A stretch of DNA of 64,000 nt, from NCBI GenBank assembly GCA_029012425.1, contig JAQXMB010000059.1, positions 9,645-73,644 on the forward strand, read 5' to 3'. Source of the DNA: a bacterium. GTDB taxonomy: Bacteria; Bacillota; Clostridia; Lachnospirales; Lachnospiraceae. A model generated the notes under the pieces. The model was not told where the DNA came from. It made no database searches and saw only the letters and a program-made list of their open reading frames with translations. This document shows positions 48,165 to 57,728 of this stretch, one piece after another. Both the position numbers and the translations under genes were made by a program. Position 1 is the stretch's first letter. The number at the start of each line of letters is the position of its first letter.

Positions 48165-49043
48165 TTATTCTTCGTTGTGTTCGATTGTCTGCTCCGGAAG
48201 TTTTGATACCAGTACTTTGCGAATCATTTTATCCTCCACAGACAGCACTTGGAATTCATATCCCAATGCCTCCAGTCTGAAACGCTCCCCATCACTTGGA
48301 ATCTTATCAATCAGGGAAATCAAATAACCGTTGAGCGTATCAAATTCAATATCTTCAAGGCTCTCTAATCCGAGAATCTCAGAGAGATCTTCAAGCTGTG
48401 CAGCGCCATCGCACAGATAGGTTCCATCCCCTTTTTGAACGATATAATTTTCCTCTTTATCGTGCTCATCAAGAATATTACCAACAATTTCTTCCAGAAT
48501 ATCTTCTAATGCAACAAGTCCTGCCGTCTGTCCATACTCATCAATTACCACAACCATATGTGTCTTGGAAGACTGCATTTTTTTGAACAAAGCAGTAATT
48601 CCGATTGTCTCAGGAACAAAATCGACCTTTCCCATAAGCCCTTTGATATCCTTAATCGGCTGGTCCAGGCAATCCTGATTGCGCAAAATGGATAATACTT
48701 CCTTAATATGCACAAGACCCACAATATCATCCATATCCTCTATGTATACCGGAAATCGTGAAAAAGGCTGTTCAATCATCACATTCAAGGCTTCGGCAAA
48801 TGTCATGTCACCATCCAACGCACAAATCTGCTTGCGATGTGTCATAATATCCTTTGCATCCTTGTCTCCAAGTTCAAAAATGTTATGAATCATCTCTGCT
48901 TCACTCTCATGAATAAAGCCCTGCTCATGCCCCTCGTTCACAAGTGAGATGATTTCCTCCTCCGTCACATCCTCCGAATTCCGGTTGAAGAATTTCTTCA
49001 TCTTTTCAAAAAAGCCCTTACTCGGACTCCCGCCATCGTCCAT
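48165..49043 (-). CDS. CBS-pair plus CorC/HlyC domain protein (no DUF21 TM domain)
   Basis: FSRFPVY, VIDEYGQTAGLVALEDILEEIVGNI.DEHD, DTLNGY. Confidence 0.9.
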   Translation of the reverse strand: MDDGGSPSKGFFEKMKKFFNRNSEDVTEEEIISLVNEGHEQGFIHESEAEMIHNIFELGDKDAKDIMTHRKQICALDGDMTFAEALNVMIEQPFSRFPVYIEDMDDIVGLVHIKEVLSILRNQDCLDQPIKDIKGLMGKVDFVPETIGITALFKKMQSSKTHMVVVIDEYGQTAGLVALEDILEEIVGNILDEHDKEENYIVQKGDGTYLCDGAAQLEDLSEILGLESLEDIEFDTLNGYLISLIDKIPSDGERFRLEALGYEFQVLSVEDKMIRKVLVSKLPEQTIEHNEE

Positions 49044-49132
49044 ACTCTTTTCTCCTCGTATGCATCAGAAAACTATTATTTACTGTAAAACATTAGAAAT
49101 ATACCATTCCTTACGCACAAAGTCAAGAATCG

Positions 49133-49486
49133 TTACACATATGTATCCAATTCCAAACTGATGCCAAGTGCTTTATCCACTTTGCGCAATACCTCTCCAT
49201 CCAAATGACAGACCATCTCTTTGAGTCGTCGTTTGTCTATGGTACGCAGCTGTTCCAACAAAATCACAGAATCTTTGACCATATCATACCGGCTGGCAGA
49301 GAGCTCAACATGCGTCGGCAATTTTGACTTGTTTATCTGCGAGGTAATCGCTGCGACTATTACAGTCGGCGAATGTCGATTGCCAACATCATTTTGTATG
49401 ATGAGCACGGGGCGAATCCCCCCTTGCTCAGAACCAACAACCGGTCTTAAATCTGCATAATATACATCTCCTCGTCGAATCGTCAT
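49133..49486 (-). CDS. mazF: MazF/PemK (NdoA/EndoA-like) endoribonuclease, no adjacent antitoxin
   Basis: [55 protein letters not shown]. Confidence 0.95.
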   Translation of the reverse strand: MTIRRGDVYYADLRPVVGSEQGGIRPVLIIQNDVGNRHSPTVIVAAITSQINKSKLPTHVELSASRYDMVKDSVILLEQLRTIDKRRLKEMVCHLDGEVLRKVDKALGISLELDTYV

Positions 49487-49491
49487 AATTT

Positions 49492-49566
49492 CACTCCAGA
49501 AAATAATATTTGTAGGTTCTGTATCCTACTAATTCTGAAGTATTTCCAAATTCTTTGTGCTTATTC
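49492..49566 (-). promoter_or_regulatory. SD-sequestering hairpin overlapping a sigma-F/G-like promoter of mazF
   Basis: UACUUCAGAA pairs with UUCUGGAGUG (SD GGAG); GAATA-14-GGAAATACT. Confidence 0.5.
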
Positions 49567-50698
49567 AATCATACACGCGCGGAATTCTTTTTCCCATATC
49601 GCAGGCAAATTCATAATTGAATCTTCCGGAACGATTTCCGAGTTCTTCCATCGTAATTGTTTCTGCTCCATCCGATCCCAGCAAAGTTACAACATCGCCA
49701 ACCTGAACATGAGCAATATGCGTAACATCAACCATAAACTGATCCATGCAAACCCGGCCAAGAATCGGAGCACGCGTTCCTTTGATAATGACATCCCCCT
49801 TATTCGAGAGAGATCTTGCATATCCATCACCATAACCTACCGGAATTGTTGCAATAACCGTAGTCTTGTCAGTCGTATAAGTGCCGCCATAACTAATCGA
49901 ACATCCCTGCGGTAAAGTCTTCACATGTACCACCCTGCTTTTTACAGACATTAACGGTTTAAGGTCAATACGCTCCTTGTGCACTTCATCCGAAGGCCAA
50001 AGTCCATATAGCGTGATTCCTGCACGAACCAGATCCATATTGGCTTCCGGAAGATCAATAATTCCGGCGCTGTTTGAACAATGCTTCATTGCTATTTCCA
50101 CGCCGCGTGCTTCGAGATAATTTAACATCTGTCGGAAACGCTGAAGCTGCATATGGGCATGTGTTTTATCATTCTCATCGGCTTTTGCAAAATGTGTAAA
50201 GATTCCTTCTATCATTATATGCGGAAGTCTTGAAATCTGCGCTATTTCATCTGCACTTTCCTCATTTACCTGATATCCGATCCGTCCCATGCCGGTATCT
50301 ATTTTCACATGGATATTGGCCGTAACATTCATCTTTTCGGCAAGCTTTGATAATTCTGCGGCAGAATTCATATCGAAAATCGTTGCCCGAATATCATTTA
50401 CAAGCAAAATCTCGTATTGTTCCGGAAAGATATAGCCCAAAATCAGAATCGGCTTTGTCACACCGGCTTCCCGTAGCGAAACTGCCTCTTCAACAGTTGC
50501 AACCGCAAAACCATACAGATAATCAAGCGGTTCAATTTTCTGCGCAAGCGGGATTGCACCGTGACCATAACCGTCTGTCTTGATGACTGCCATCATTTTA
50601 CAATCGGGTTTTATCAACTTTCTCATCTGTTCCATATTATAGACAGCAGCATCAAGATCGACTGCCGCATATACACGAGGATATTGTGTAAGCATCAT
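49565..50698 (-). CDS. alr: Alanine racemase
   Basis: AVIKTDGYGHG PLP-lysine, KIDTGMGRIG, GRVCMDQ. Confidence 0.97.
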   Translation of the reverse strand: MMLTQYPRVYAAVDLDAAVYNMEQMRKLIKPDCKMMAVIKTDGYGHGAIPLAQKIEPLDYLYGFAVATVEEAVSLREAGVTKPILILGYIFPEQYEILLVNDIRATIFDMNSAAELSKLAEKMNVTANIHVKIDTGMGRIGYQVNEESADEIAQISRLPHIMIEGIFTHFAKADENDKTHAHMQLQRFRQMLNYLEARGVEIAMKHCSNSAGIIDLPEANMDLVRAGITLYGLWPSDEVHKERIDLKPLMSVKSRVVHVKTLPQGCSISYGGTYTTDKTTVIATIPVGYGDGYARSLSNKGDVIIKGTRAPILGRVCMDQFMVDVTHIAHVQVGDVVTLLGSDGAETITMEELGNRSGRFNYEFACDMGKRIPRVYD

Positions 50699-50705
50699 AT
50701 TACTC

Positions 50706-52244
50706 CTACTTTTCTATTATTTTCAACACATCTGCTATTGAATCAATCATGTCGTGTGCCATCAGGCTGTATCTTCCAAGCCTCTGTGCAGCAACATCTC
50801 CTGCAAGCCCATGAAGATATACACCAAACGGTGCGGCAACTTTCGGTGCCATTCCCTGTGCAATCAATCCTGCAATGACACCCGTAAGCACATCTCCGCT
50901 TCCACCGGTTGCCATACCATTATTGCCGGTCAAATTCACATATGTCATCTGATAAGGAACCGCAGTAACAGTTCTGGCGTCCTTGAGGACGCAAATCACC
51001 TGATATTCTCTCGCAAAGCTTTCTGCCGCTTCAACCAGGGAATCCTGTAAAAATGGCACTGTTGTATTTGCAAGTCTCGCCATCTCGCCCAAATGAGGTG
51101 TCAGAATAAGCTCTGTATGTGGATTTCGTAAAATTTCAATATCCTTTGCAATCAGATTTAAGGCATCTGCATCAAGAATCAACGGAACAGATGTATTTTT
51201 CAAAACGAACCTTACAAGTGTTGACGAATTGTCATCCGTTCCGATTCCCGGTCCGCATACAATTACATCCGCCCAATTGATTGCCGAATGAACCTGTTCT
51301 TTATCGAACTTCTTTGATGAATAGGTCGTTAACACTGCTTCCGGAAGTGCAGTCTGAATAATTACCCTGTTTTCTTCCGGCGTAAGCACCCGCACAAGAC
51401 CACAGCCTATGCGGTAGGCACTCCTTGCACTAAACAAAGCGGCTCCTGCCATATTAACAGAACCGGCGATCACAAGCACCTTACCATAAGATCCTTTATT
51501 TGTTCTTGGACTTCGTTTGGGAAGATATGTCTTTAAATCACCTGTTTCAAAAGCTGCGACCTTGGGGGATCGACTGATTCCATTTTCCACTAAGAAACTG
51601 TTCTCGTCGATTCCAACATTCCTGCAACGAATCTGTCCGCAAAATTTTTGTCCGGGATACAAACGCATTCCAAGCTTTTCAAAAGAAAAAGTAACCGTCA
51701 AATCTGCTTTGAAAGCAATTCCCAATACGCTTCCATCGTCGCAGTGGATGCCGCTTGGAATATCAATCGCTATCTTTTTCGCCTCTTTCCGATTCAGGCA
51801 GTCAATCATCTGTGCCATCTCGCCCTCAATGCGTCTTGATAAGCCAACTCCGAAAATCGCATCAATGATTATCGTCGCATCGTCTATAACACTATGATTC
51901 TCCATAAAAGCTTGTTTTGAAATAACCGGAATTCCATACTGCTTCACAATCTTTAATTCTGTTTTGTTTTCTTCGGTTGCTTTTTTTCCATCACCGACAT
52001 ATAAAATTGAAACAGAATGCTTTTTCAAATGAAGAAGTCTTGCCATTGCAAGTCCATCCGCTCCGTTATTTCCATTTCCCGCTACAATCAGAATGCGCTC
52101 ATTTTTCTCAATGATATCACACTCCAATTCTTCAACCGCAGCTAGCGCTGCCCGTTCAATCAAAACAAGAGATGGTATGCCAAAATACTCTATTGTATTT
52201 GTATCAAATTGTTTCATTTCACCTTTCCGAACAAGATATTTCAA
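50706..52244 (-). CDS. nnr: Bifunctional NAD(P)H-hydrate epimerase/dehydratase
   Basis: GNGNNGADG, DAIFGVG, DIPSG, NKGSYG, TGGSGDVLTG; TTG start after AGGAGG. Confidence 0.94.
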   Translation of the reverse strand: MKYLVRKGEMKQFDTNTIEYFGIPSLVLIERAALAAVEELECDIIEKNERILIVAGNGNNGADGLAMARLLHLKKHSVSILYVGDGKKATEENKTELKIVKQYGIPVISKQAFMENHSVIDDATIIIDAIFGVGLSRRIEGEMAQMIDCLNRKEAKKIAIDIPSGIHCDDGSVLGIAFKADLTVTFSFEKLGMRLYPGQKFCGQIRCRNVGIDENSFLVENGISRSPKVAAFETGDLKTYLPKRSPRTNKGSYGKVLVIAGSVNMAGAALFSARSAYRIGCGLVRVLTPEENRVIIQTALPEAVLTTYSSKKFDKEQVHSAINWADVIVCGPGIGTDDNSSTLVRFVLKNTSVPLILDADALNLIAKDIEILRNPHTELILTPHLGEMARLANTTVPFLQDSLVEAAESFAREYQVICVLKDARTVTAVPYQMTYVNLTGNNGMATGGSGDVLTGVIAGLIAQGMAPKVAAPFGVYLHGLAGDVAAQRLGRYSLMAHDMIDSIADVLKIIEK

Positions 52245-52365
52245 AACACACCTCCTATTTTTCCCAAAAATCACAGAACCTGCCACCGGCAGCATTTTTC
52301 GGATGCATGGCAACAGAGACATGAAATGAACCGGGTATTCCGTCCTGATTTGCTGACGCCATAAC

Positions 52366-52399
52366 AAAAAACTGACCGAAACGCAGCCGGTCAGTTTTT
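52366..52399 (-). terminator. Terminator after the rex operon
   Basis: AAAAACTGACCG/CGGTCAGTTTTT. Confidence 0.8.
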
Positions 52400-53122
52400 A
52401 TCTGTATCAAAATTCTCATTGTTATCAGCCTGCTGCTTTGCATCATCTTTGGCTACAACGCTTCCATCGGTAAGCGGGGGCTTCTTTTTCGGTGTCTCTA
52501 ACATGTTCATCAAATCAACATCATCATTTTGAAGATCAAATACATCCATCATGTCAGCCCCAAACAGATCATGCATATATGCATAAATCTGACGCGTATT
52601 AATCTCTCTGTTCTGCTTCTTTATGATATTCTTCTTTAAGTCAATTCGTACCTGTGTAATCCAGTCGGTAATCTCTTTTGCTTCCTTGACATTTAATCGA
52701 ATTTTGCTGTAACAATACGCGACAGTAAGAAGCATCAGTTCACCGTTGGTACGATTAATTTCATGGGGAATATCCAAAAGCTCATCTTCCGTATGTTCAA
52801 GCTTTTCATTTACTTCATCTATCAGACGACTGTCTTCATCAAGCTTTTTCGAACTCATTTGTCCTTGATTCTCCGCATGAGTTCCTTCCATGTTATCCAT
52901 GATATTACTCATCAGCTTTGATTTCAGCTTTTTTAAGTCCTTCAAGTCCTGGTTCAGTTTCCCCTGTTTTTGCAAAAGAAGATTTAATTCTTTCTCTTTT
53001 TCCAGAACATCCTCCGGTTTTCCCTGAATTGCAAACAGGCGATGCCATTTCTGATCCAATACACATACCGGAATTCGTTTCCCTTGAAGTGCTTCTTTAA
53101 AGTCTTTTTCCACCGTCTTCAC
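52391..53122 (-). CDS. Hypothetical coiled-coil protein overlapping the rex stop
   Basis: 243-aa ORF with heptad-rich K/E/L content; IPVCVLDQKWHRLF N-terminal motif. Confidence 0.8.
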   Translation of the reverse strand: MKTVEKDFKEALQGKRIPVCVLDQKWHRLFAIQGKPEDVLEKEKELNLLLQKQGKLNQDLKDLKKLKSKLMSNIMDNMEGTHAENQGQMSSKKLDEDSRLIDEVNEKLEHTEDELLDIPHEINRTNGELMLLTVAYCYSKIRLNVKEAKEITDWITQVRIDLKKNIIKKQNREINTRQIYAYMHDLFGADMMDVFDLQNDDVDLMNMLETPKKKPPLTDGSVVAKDDAKQQADNNENFDTDKN

Positions 53123-53762
53123 CTGCCTTCTCTTTCGTGTGACGAATTGTATTGTAAGAAAGCTGCATCAATGAATCTGATAAATGTACATTCTCAACAA
53201 TGACATCCTTATCAAACAATTCAAGATCGACATGGGCAAAATTCCAAATTGCATGCACGCCAAGACTTACCAATTCATTGGCAATGGAATCAGCCTTAGA
53301 CTTAGGCATTGTTAAAGTTGCAATATCCACTTTATGTGTACGAACATACTCCGGTAGTTCATCCAGAGACAAAATCGGAATACCTCTTACAGTCTGACCG
53401 ATCAACTCGGGATCCACATCAAATAAGCAGGTGATCATAAATCCGAGTTTTTCAAATTTAACATAATTTGCAAGCGCCTGTCCCAGATGACCGGCACCGA
53501 TAATAATCACATTATGTGTTGTATTTAAGCCAAGTATTTTACCAATTTCATCATATAAATACTGAACATTATAACCATATCCCTGCTGTCCGAACCCACC
53601 AAAATTGTTAAGATCCTGTCTGATCTGAGATGCAGTAACATTCATACGATTGCTCAGGTCGTTTGATGAAATGCGTTCTACACCGGCATCTAATAATTCT
53701 CCAAGATAACGGTAATAACGCGGCATTCTGCGAATAACCGCCTGCGAAATTTCCTTTTCCAT
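53097..53762 (-). CDS. rex: Redox-sensing repressor Rex
   Basis: RRMPRYYRYL, QIRQDLNNFGGFGQQGYGY, GAGHLG, IWNFA. Confidence 0.97.
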   Translation of the reverse strand: MEKEISQAVIRRMPRYYRYLGELLDAGVERISSNDLSNRMNVTASQIRQDLNNFGGFGQQGYGYNVQYLYDEIGKILGLNTTHNVIIIGAGHLGQALANYVKFEKLGFMITCLFDVDPELIGQTVRGIPILSLDELPEYVRTHKVDIATLTMPKSKADSIANELVSLGVHAIWNFAHVDLELFDKDVIVENVHLSDSLMQLSYNTIRHTKEKAGEDGGKRL

Positions 53763-53803
53763 TGGCTTACTCTATCTCCTTTGCCGAAGGATTCATAGCA
53801 TCA

Positions 53804-53831
53804 AGTATATCACTTGTTAAGAAAATGTCAA
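53804..53831 (-). promoter_or_regulatory. sigma-A promoter of rex overlapped by a Rex-like operator
   Basis: TTGACA-16-TATACT (extended TG); TTGTTAAGAAAATGTCAA at 53814-53831. Confidence 0.65.
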
Positions 53832-53833
53832 TG

Positions 53834-55774
53834 TTACGAGAGATCCTCTTCCGACAATTGTTCCCACTTTACATATAGCTCAGCAAGCTTTTCATCGATT
53901 GCTGTTACCTGTGTGTGAAATTCCATTAATTTTGCTGAAATACATGCAACAGCAGGATCCGCAATCTGCTGTTCAATTGCTTCTTTTTCTTCCTCTAAAG
54001 CAGCAATCTCATCTTCCGTCTGTCGAATCTCACTTTGTATTTTTCGTATTCTTGCCTGCTTTTTCTTTTGCTCCTGCCAATCGAGTTTTCCGTTCTCCGT
54101 CTCTGTTTCGTTCGACAAAACGAGTGGGATTTCACAGGAAGTACCTCCTGACAAAGCAGATTTTTTCAACTCGTCCCTTTTCTCAAGATAATAATCGTAA
54201 TTTCCAATATAATTAATCGTCCGCTGTCCATCCAATTCGATAATGCGAGTTGCTACCTGATTAATAAAATACCTGTCATGGGATACAAAAAAGACCGTTC
54301 CGGTATATTCCTTTAATGCCTGCTCCAGGATCTCCTTTGATGCCATATCCAAGTGGTTTGTCGGCTCGTCCAAAATCAAGAAGTTTGCCTCGGATAGCAT
54401 AAGCTTTGCGAGCGATAAACGGCCTCTTTCACCACCACTTAAATCCATCACACGCTTAAAAGCATCTTCTCCGGTAAACAAAAAAGCCGCCAGAACATTA
54501 CGGATCTGTGTCTGATTCAGGTTACTGTAAGCATCCAGTAATTCATCAAACAGTGTCTTATCTTCACAAAGCAGCTGTTGTTCCTGATCATAATAACCTA
54601 TGTGTACATTTGTACCTATCCGAATCGTTCCCGCATCCTGTGCGAGCATACCGGTAATTATTTTAAGCATGGTCGTCTTACCGGTTCCGTTATTGCCAAT
54701 CAATGCAACTCTTTCTCCGCGTTTAATTTCGAAACTGATATCAGAGAACAGCTCGGTTCCGGGAAATGCTTTGGCAAGCCGGTCAACAGAAAGTACATCC
54801 TTTCCGCTGACAATATTGGGCTCTAAGGTCATTCGAATTTCCGTATCCTCCTCAACCGGTTTTTCAATCAACGCAATCTTATCAAGAGCTTTTTGGCGGC
54901 TTTCCGCCCGCTTGATTGATTTTTCACGATTAAAGGAGCGAAGCTTTGTTATTACTTCCTCCTGATGAGCAATCTCTCGCTGCTGATTCAAGTATTGTCT
55001 CATTTGTGCTTCGCGCATTTTGGCTTTTAATTTACTGAATTCTGAATAATTTCCTGCATATGTATATGCCTGATGCATGAAAACTTCGACAACCTTCGTC
55101 ACAATTCGGTCTAAGAAGTATCGATCATGCGAAACCAGAATGACAGTCCCCTTATAATTGCGTAAGAACTCCTCCAGCCAGACAATGCTGTTTAAGTCCA
55201 AATGGTTGGTCGGCTCGTCGAGCAAAAGAATATCCGGTTTTTTCACAAGAAGCTTTGCAAGTGACAGACGGGTCTTTTGACCTCCTGAAAGTGACGCACA
55301 GCTTCTGTCAAACTCACTCTCAGCAAAACCAAGACCCTTTAACACGCCAACAATCTCACTCTTATAAAAATATCCGCCCTGCTCCTCAAAAATATGAAGG
55401 AGCGAATGATATTTCTCCATCAAAGCATTCAGTTCTTCTCCCGCACAAAGCTTCATCTGCTCCTCGTATTCGCGAATCGAAGCTTCCATTGCAATGATAT
55501 CTTCTTTTGCAAGCAGAACTTCCTCATAGATACTGTGTTCAGAAGAAACATCCTGATACTGAGCAAGGTAACCAATGCTCGTATTTTTTGCAATAGTTAC
55601 CTCACCCTCATCTGCTGATATACTGTTTACAATGATTTTTAAAAGCGTTGATTTACCCGCTCCGTTAATTCCAACAATTGCGACTCTTTCATGTTCTTCC
55701 ACATGAAAGGATACATTTTTTAAGATTTCCTCTGTTCCAAATGCTTTTGAAACATTCTGACAGGATAAAATCAT
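53834..55774 (-). CDS. ABC-F family ribosome-associated ATPase (YdiF-like)
   Basis: Two ABC domains (GINGAGKST, GNNGTGKTT, LSGG, DEPTNHLD x2), no TMs, C-terminal coiled coil; upstream of rex. Confidence 0.94.
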   Translation of the reverse strand: MILSCQNVSKAFGTEEILKNVSFHVEEHERVAIVGINGAGKSTLLKIIVNSISADEGEVTIAKNTSIGYLAQYQDVSSEHSIYEEVLLAKEDIIAMEASIREYEEQMKLCAGEELNALMEKYHSLLHIFEEQGGYFYKSEIVGVLKGLGFAESEFDRSCASLSGGQKTRLSLAKLLVKKPDILLLDEPTNHLDLNSIVWLEEFLRNYKGTVILVSHDRYFLDRIVTKVVEVFMHQAYTYAGNYSEFSKLKAKMREAQMRQYLNQQREIAHQEEVITKLRSFNREKSIKRAESRQKALDKIALIEKPVEEDTEIRMTLEPNIVSGKDVLSVDRLAKAFPGTELFSDISFEIKRGERVALIGNNGTGKTTMLKIITGMLAQDAGTIRIGTNVHIGYYDQEQQLLCEDKTLFDELLDAYSNLNQTQIRNVLAAFLFTGEDAFKRVMDLSGGERGRLSLAKLMLSEANFLILDEPTNHLDMASKEILEQALKEYTGTVFFVSHDRYFINQVATRIIELDGQRTINYIGNYDYYLEKRDELKKSALSGGTSCEIPLVLSNETETENGKLDWQEQKKKQARIRKIQSEIRQTEDEIAALEEEKEAIEQQIADPAVACISAKLMEFHTQVTAIDEKLAELYVKWEQLSEEDLS

Positions 55775-55794
55775 ATGATATCTCCAATTTATTA

Positions 55795-57006
55795 TTATGC
55801 GTAATATGTTTCAAGCGTAGCACGAATTGCTTTAATAAATTCCTGACTGCTAAGTACAGTAGGATTCTCCAGTTCAGTAATCAATGCTAAGTCCTTCGTC
55901 ATCTTTCCGGCTTCAATCGTATCGATGCAAGCCTTTTCCAAACGGTCAGCAAAGGTCATAAGCTCCGGCAGATTGTCAAGCTCGCCGCGTTTTCTCAAAG
56001 CACCTGACCATGCAAAAATCGTTGCAACAGAGTTTGTTGATGTTTCTTCTCCTGCAAGATGCTTATAATAATGACGCTGTACCGTTCCGTGTGCTGCTTC
56101 ATACTCGTATACTCCATCAGGTGAAACAAGTACCGATGTCATCATTGCAAGCGATCCACATGCAGATGAAATCATATCACTCATAACATCACCGTCATAG
56201 TTCTTACATGCCCAGATAAATCCACCCTTTGACTTCATGACACGGGCAACTGCATCGTCAATCAAAGTATAAAAATAAGTGATTCCTGCCTTCTCAAACG
56301 CCTCTTTGAACTCATTATCATAGATTTCCTGGAAAATATCCTTGAAAGTATGGTCATACTTCTTTGAAATCGTATCCTTGGTTGAGAACCACAAATCCTG
56401 TTTCAGGTCAAGGGCATACTTAAAGCAGCTGCGGGCAAAACTTGTTATTGAATCATTTAAGTTATGCTGTCCTGAAATCACACCTTCTCCCTTGAAGCTG
56501 TGAATTAAAATCTTCTCTTCTTTTCCATCCGCCCCCTCAAACACAAGATATGCATTTCCTGCTCCCGGAACCTTCATCTCAACAGATTTATATACATCAC
56601 CATAGGCATGTCTGGCAATCGTAATCGGCTGCTCCCAATTCTTTACACAAGGAGCAATTCCCTTTACCTGAATCGGTGTACGAAATACAGTTCCGTCAAG
56701 CATCGCACGAATAGTTCCATTCGGGCTCTTCCACATCTCCTTTAAGTTGTACTCTGTCATACGGGCAGCATTCGGAGTGATTGTTGCACATTTTACAGCT
56801 ACTCCGTACTTCTTGGTAGCATTTGCGGAATCTACTGTAACCTGATCATCCGTCTCATTACGATATTCCAAACCAAGGTCATAATATTCTGTCTTAAGGT
56901 CAATAAAAGGAAGCAGTAACTCATCCTTGATCATCTGCCAAAGAATACGAGTCATCTCATCTCCATCCATTTCAACCAACGGTGTTACCATTTTTATTTT
57001 GTCCAT
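55795..57006 (-). CDS. icd: NADP-dependent isocitrate dehydrogenase
   Basis: [41 protein letters not shown]. Confidence 0.97.
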   Translation of the reverse strand: MDKIKMVTPLVEMDGDEMTRILWQMIKDELLLPFIDLKTEYYDLGLEYRNETDDQVTVDSANATKKYGVAVKCATITPNAARMTEYNLKEMWKSPNGTIRAMLDGTVFRTPIQVKGIAPCVKNWEQPITIARHAYGDVYKSVEMKVPGAGNAYLVFEGADGKEEKILIHSFKGEGVISGQHNLNDSITSFARSCFKYALDLKQDLWFSTKDTISKKYDHTFKDIFQEIYDNEFKEAFEKAGITYFYTLIDDAVARVMKSKGGFIWACKNYDGDVMSDMISSACGSLAMMTSVLVSPDGVYEYEAAHGTVQRHYYKHLAGEETSTNSVATIFAWSGALRKRGELDNLPELMTFADRLEKACIDTIEAGKMTKDLALITELENPTVLSSQEFIKAIRATLETYYA

Positions 57007-57109
57007 CACTTCATCCTGCCTTTCGTAGTATTCACTGAGAAGAACTATATCACAAAATAAATCACCCTGCAATGCGCTGTTAGATTTTTGAACAAACAAA
57101 AAATAGTAA

Positions 57110-57135
57110 ACAATGACATGCCTGCTACATACGAT
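57110..57135 (+). promoter_or_regulatory. sigma-K/E-like promoter of the Cys-rich gene
   Basis: AC-16-CATACGAT. Confidence 0.5.
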
Positions 57136-57167
57136 AGACTATAGAACAAAAATATGGAGGAAACAAA

Positions 57168-57389
57168 ATGAGCGATTTAGCTGCAACCAACTGTGGATGT
57201 GGAAGTGAGGTTAATAACGGATGCTCTAGCATCATTTGGATTATCTTATTGCTTTGCTTCTGTGGCGGAAACAAGGGTTGGAACTTCGGAAGCGGCAACG
57301 GAAGCTGTGGATGCGGATGTGACAGCATTTGGATTATCTTGTTGCTTCTTTGCTGCTGTGGCGGCAATGGCGGCTGCGGATGCTTCTAG
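57168..57389 (+). CDS. 73-aa Cys/Gly-rich protein with internal duplication (likely spore surface)
   Basis: GGAGGA SD; 13 Cys, 16 Gly; IWIILLL.C.CGG twice; own terminator. Confidence 0.85.
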   Translation: MSDLAATNCGCGSEVNNGCSSIIWIILLLCFCGGNKGWNFGSGNGSCGCGCDSIWIILLLLCCCGGNGGCGCF

Positions 57390-57399
57390 ACCATCTATT

Positions 57400-57427
57400 G
57401 AAAAAGGCAGGGTAACCTGCCTTTTTC
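57400..57427. terminator. Bidirectional terminator
   Basis: GAAAAAGGCAGG-GTAA-CCTGCCTTTTTC. Confidence 0.85.
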
Positions 57428-57446
57428 TAATATCATCGTTATTGCA

Positions 57447-57611
57447 CTAACGATATGGTTCTTCATTCTGTTCTTTCCCGGGTGTTTTCTCCATTTCTTT
57501 CGAGAACTCTTCCGGAAAATGATTTTGCCTGTTCTGCTGTATCCCCTTTCTTCTCATGCACTCCTCATCAACTTCAAATACTCTTTTTCCATCTATAATT
57601 AACCTGCCCAT
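57447..57611 (-). CDS. 54-aa hypothetical protein (MGRLIIDGKRVFEVDEEC...)
   Basis: AAAGGAGA SD before ATG 57611; sigma-K-like AC-16-CATATGAT upstream. Confidence 0.75.
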   Translation of the reverse strand: MGRLIIDGKRVFEVDEECMRRKGIQQNRQNHFPEEFSKEMEKTPGKEQNEEPYR

Positions 57612-57728
57612 TTGCTTATCTCCTTTCAGATTCGCCAAAAAACTTTTTCCTATATTTATCATATGTGATATGGACAGTTTTGTCATATTATACATCTTCT
57701 GTCATATGTTTAAAGAAAAAGGATTTTT

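Noticed and set aside
52270-52365. Hammerhead ribozyme, SAM-I or c-di-GMP riboswitch
   Set aside because: The required conserved cores are not found in order on either strand; kept only as an unassigned structured region.
53834-55794. Antibiotic-resistance ABC-F with leader attenuator
   Set aside because: Only 20 nt separate it from icd, there is no uORF, and its position upstream of rex matches the housekeeping YdiF-like subfamily.
57078-57095. Rex box upstream of icd (TGTTAGATTTTTGAACAA)
   Set aside because: Half-site spacing is off by one relative to the 18-bp consensus.
57125-57450. Pro/Gln-rich 80-aa minus-strand ORF and 85-aa alternate-frame ORF
   Set aside because: They are by-products of the repetitive Cys/Gly gene, which has the SD, promoter and terminator.
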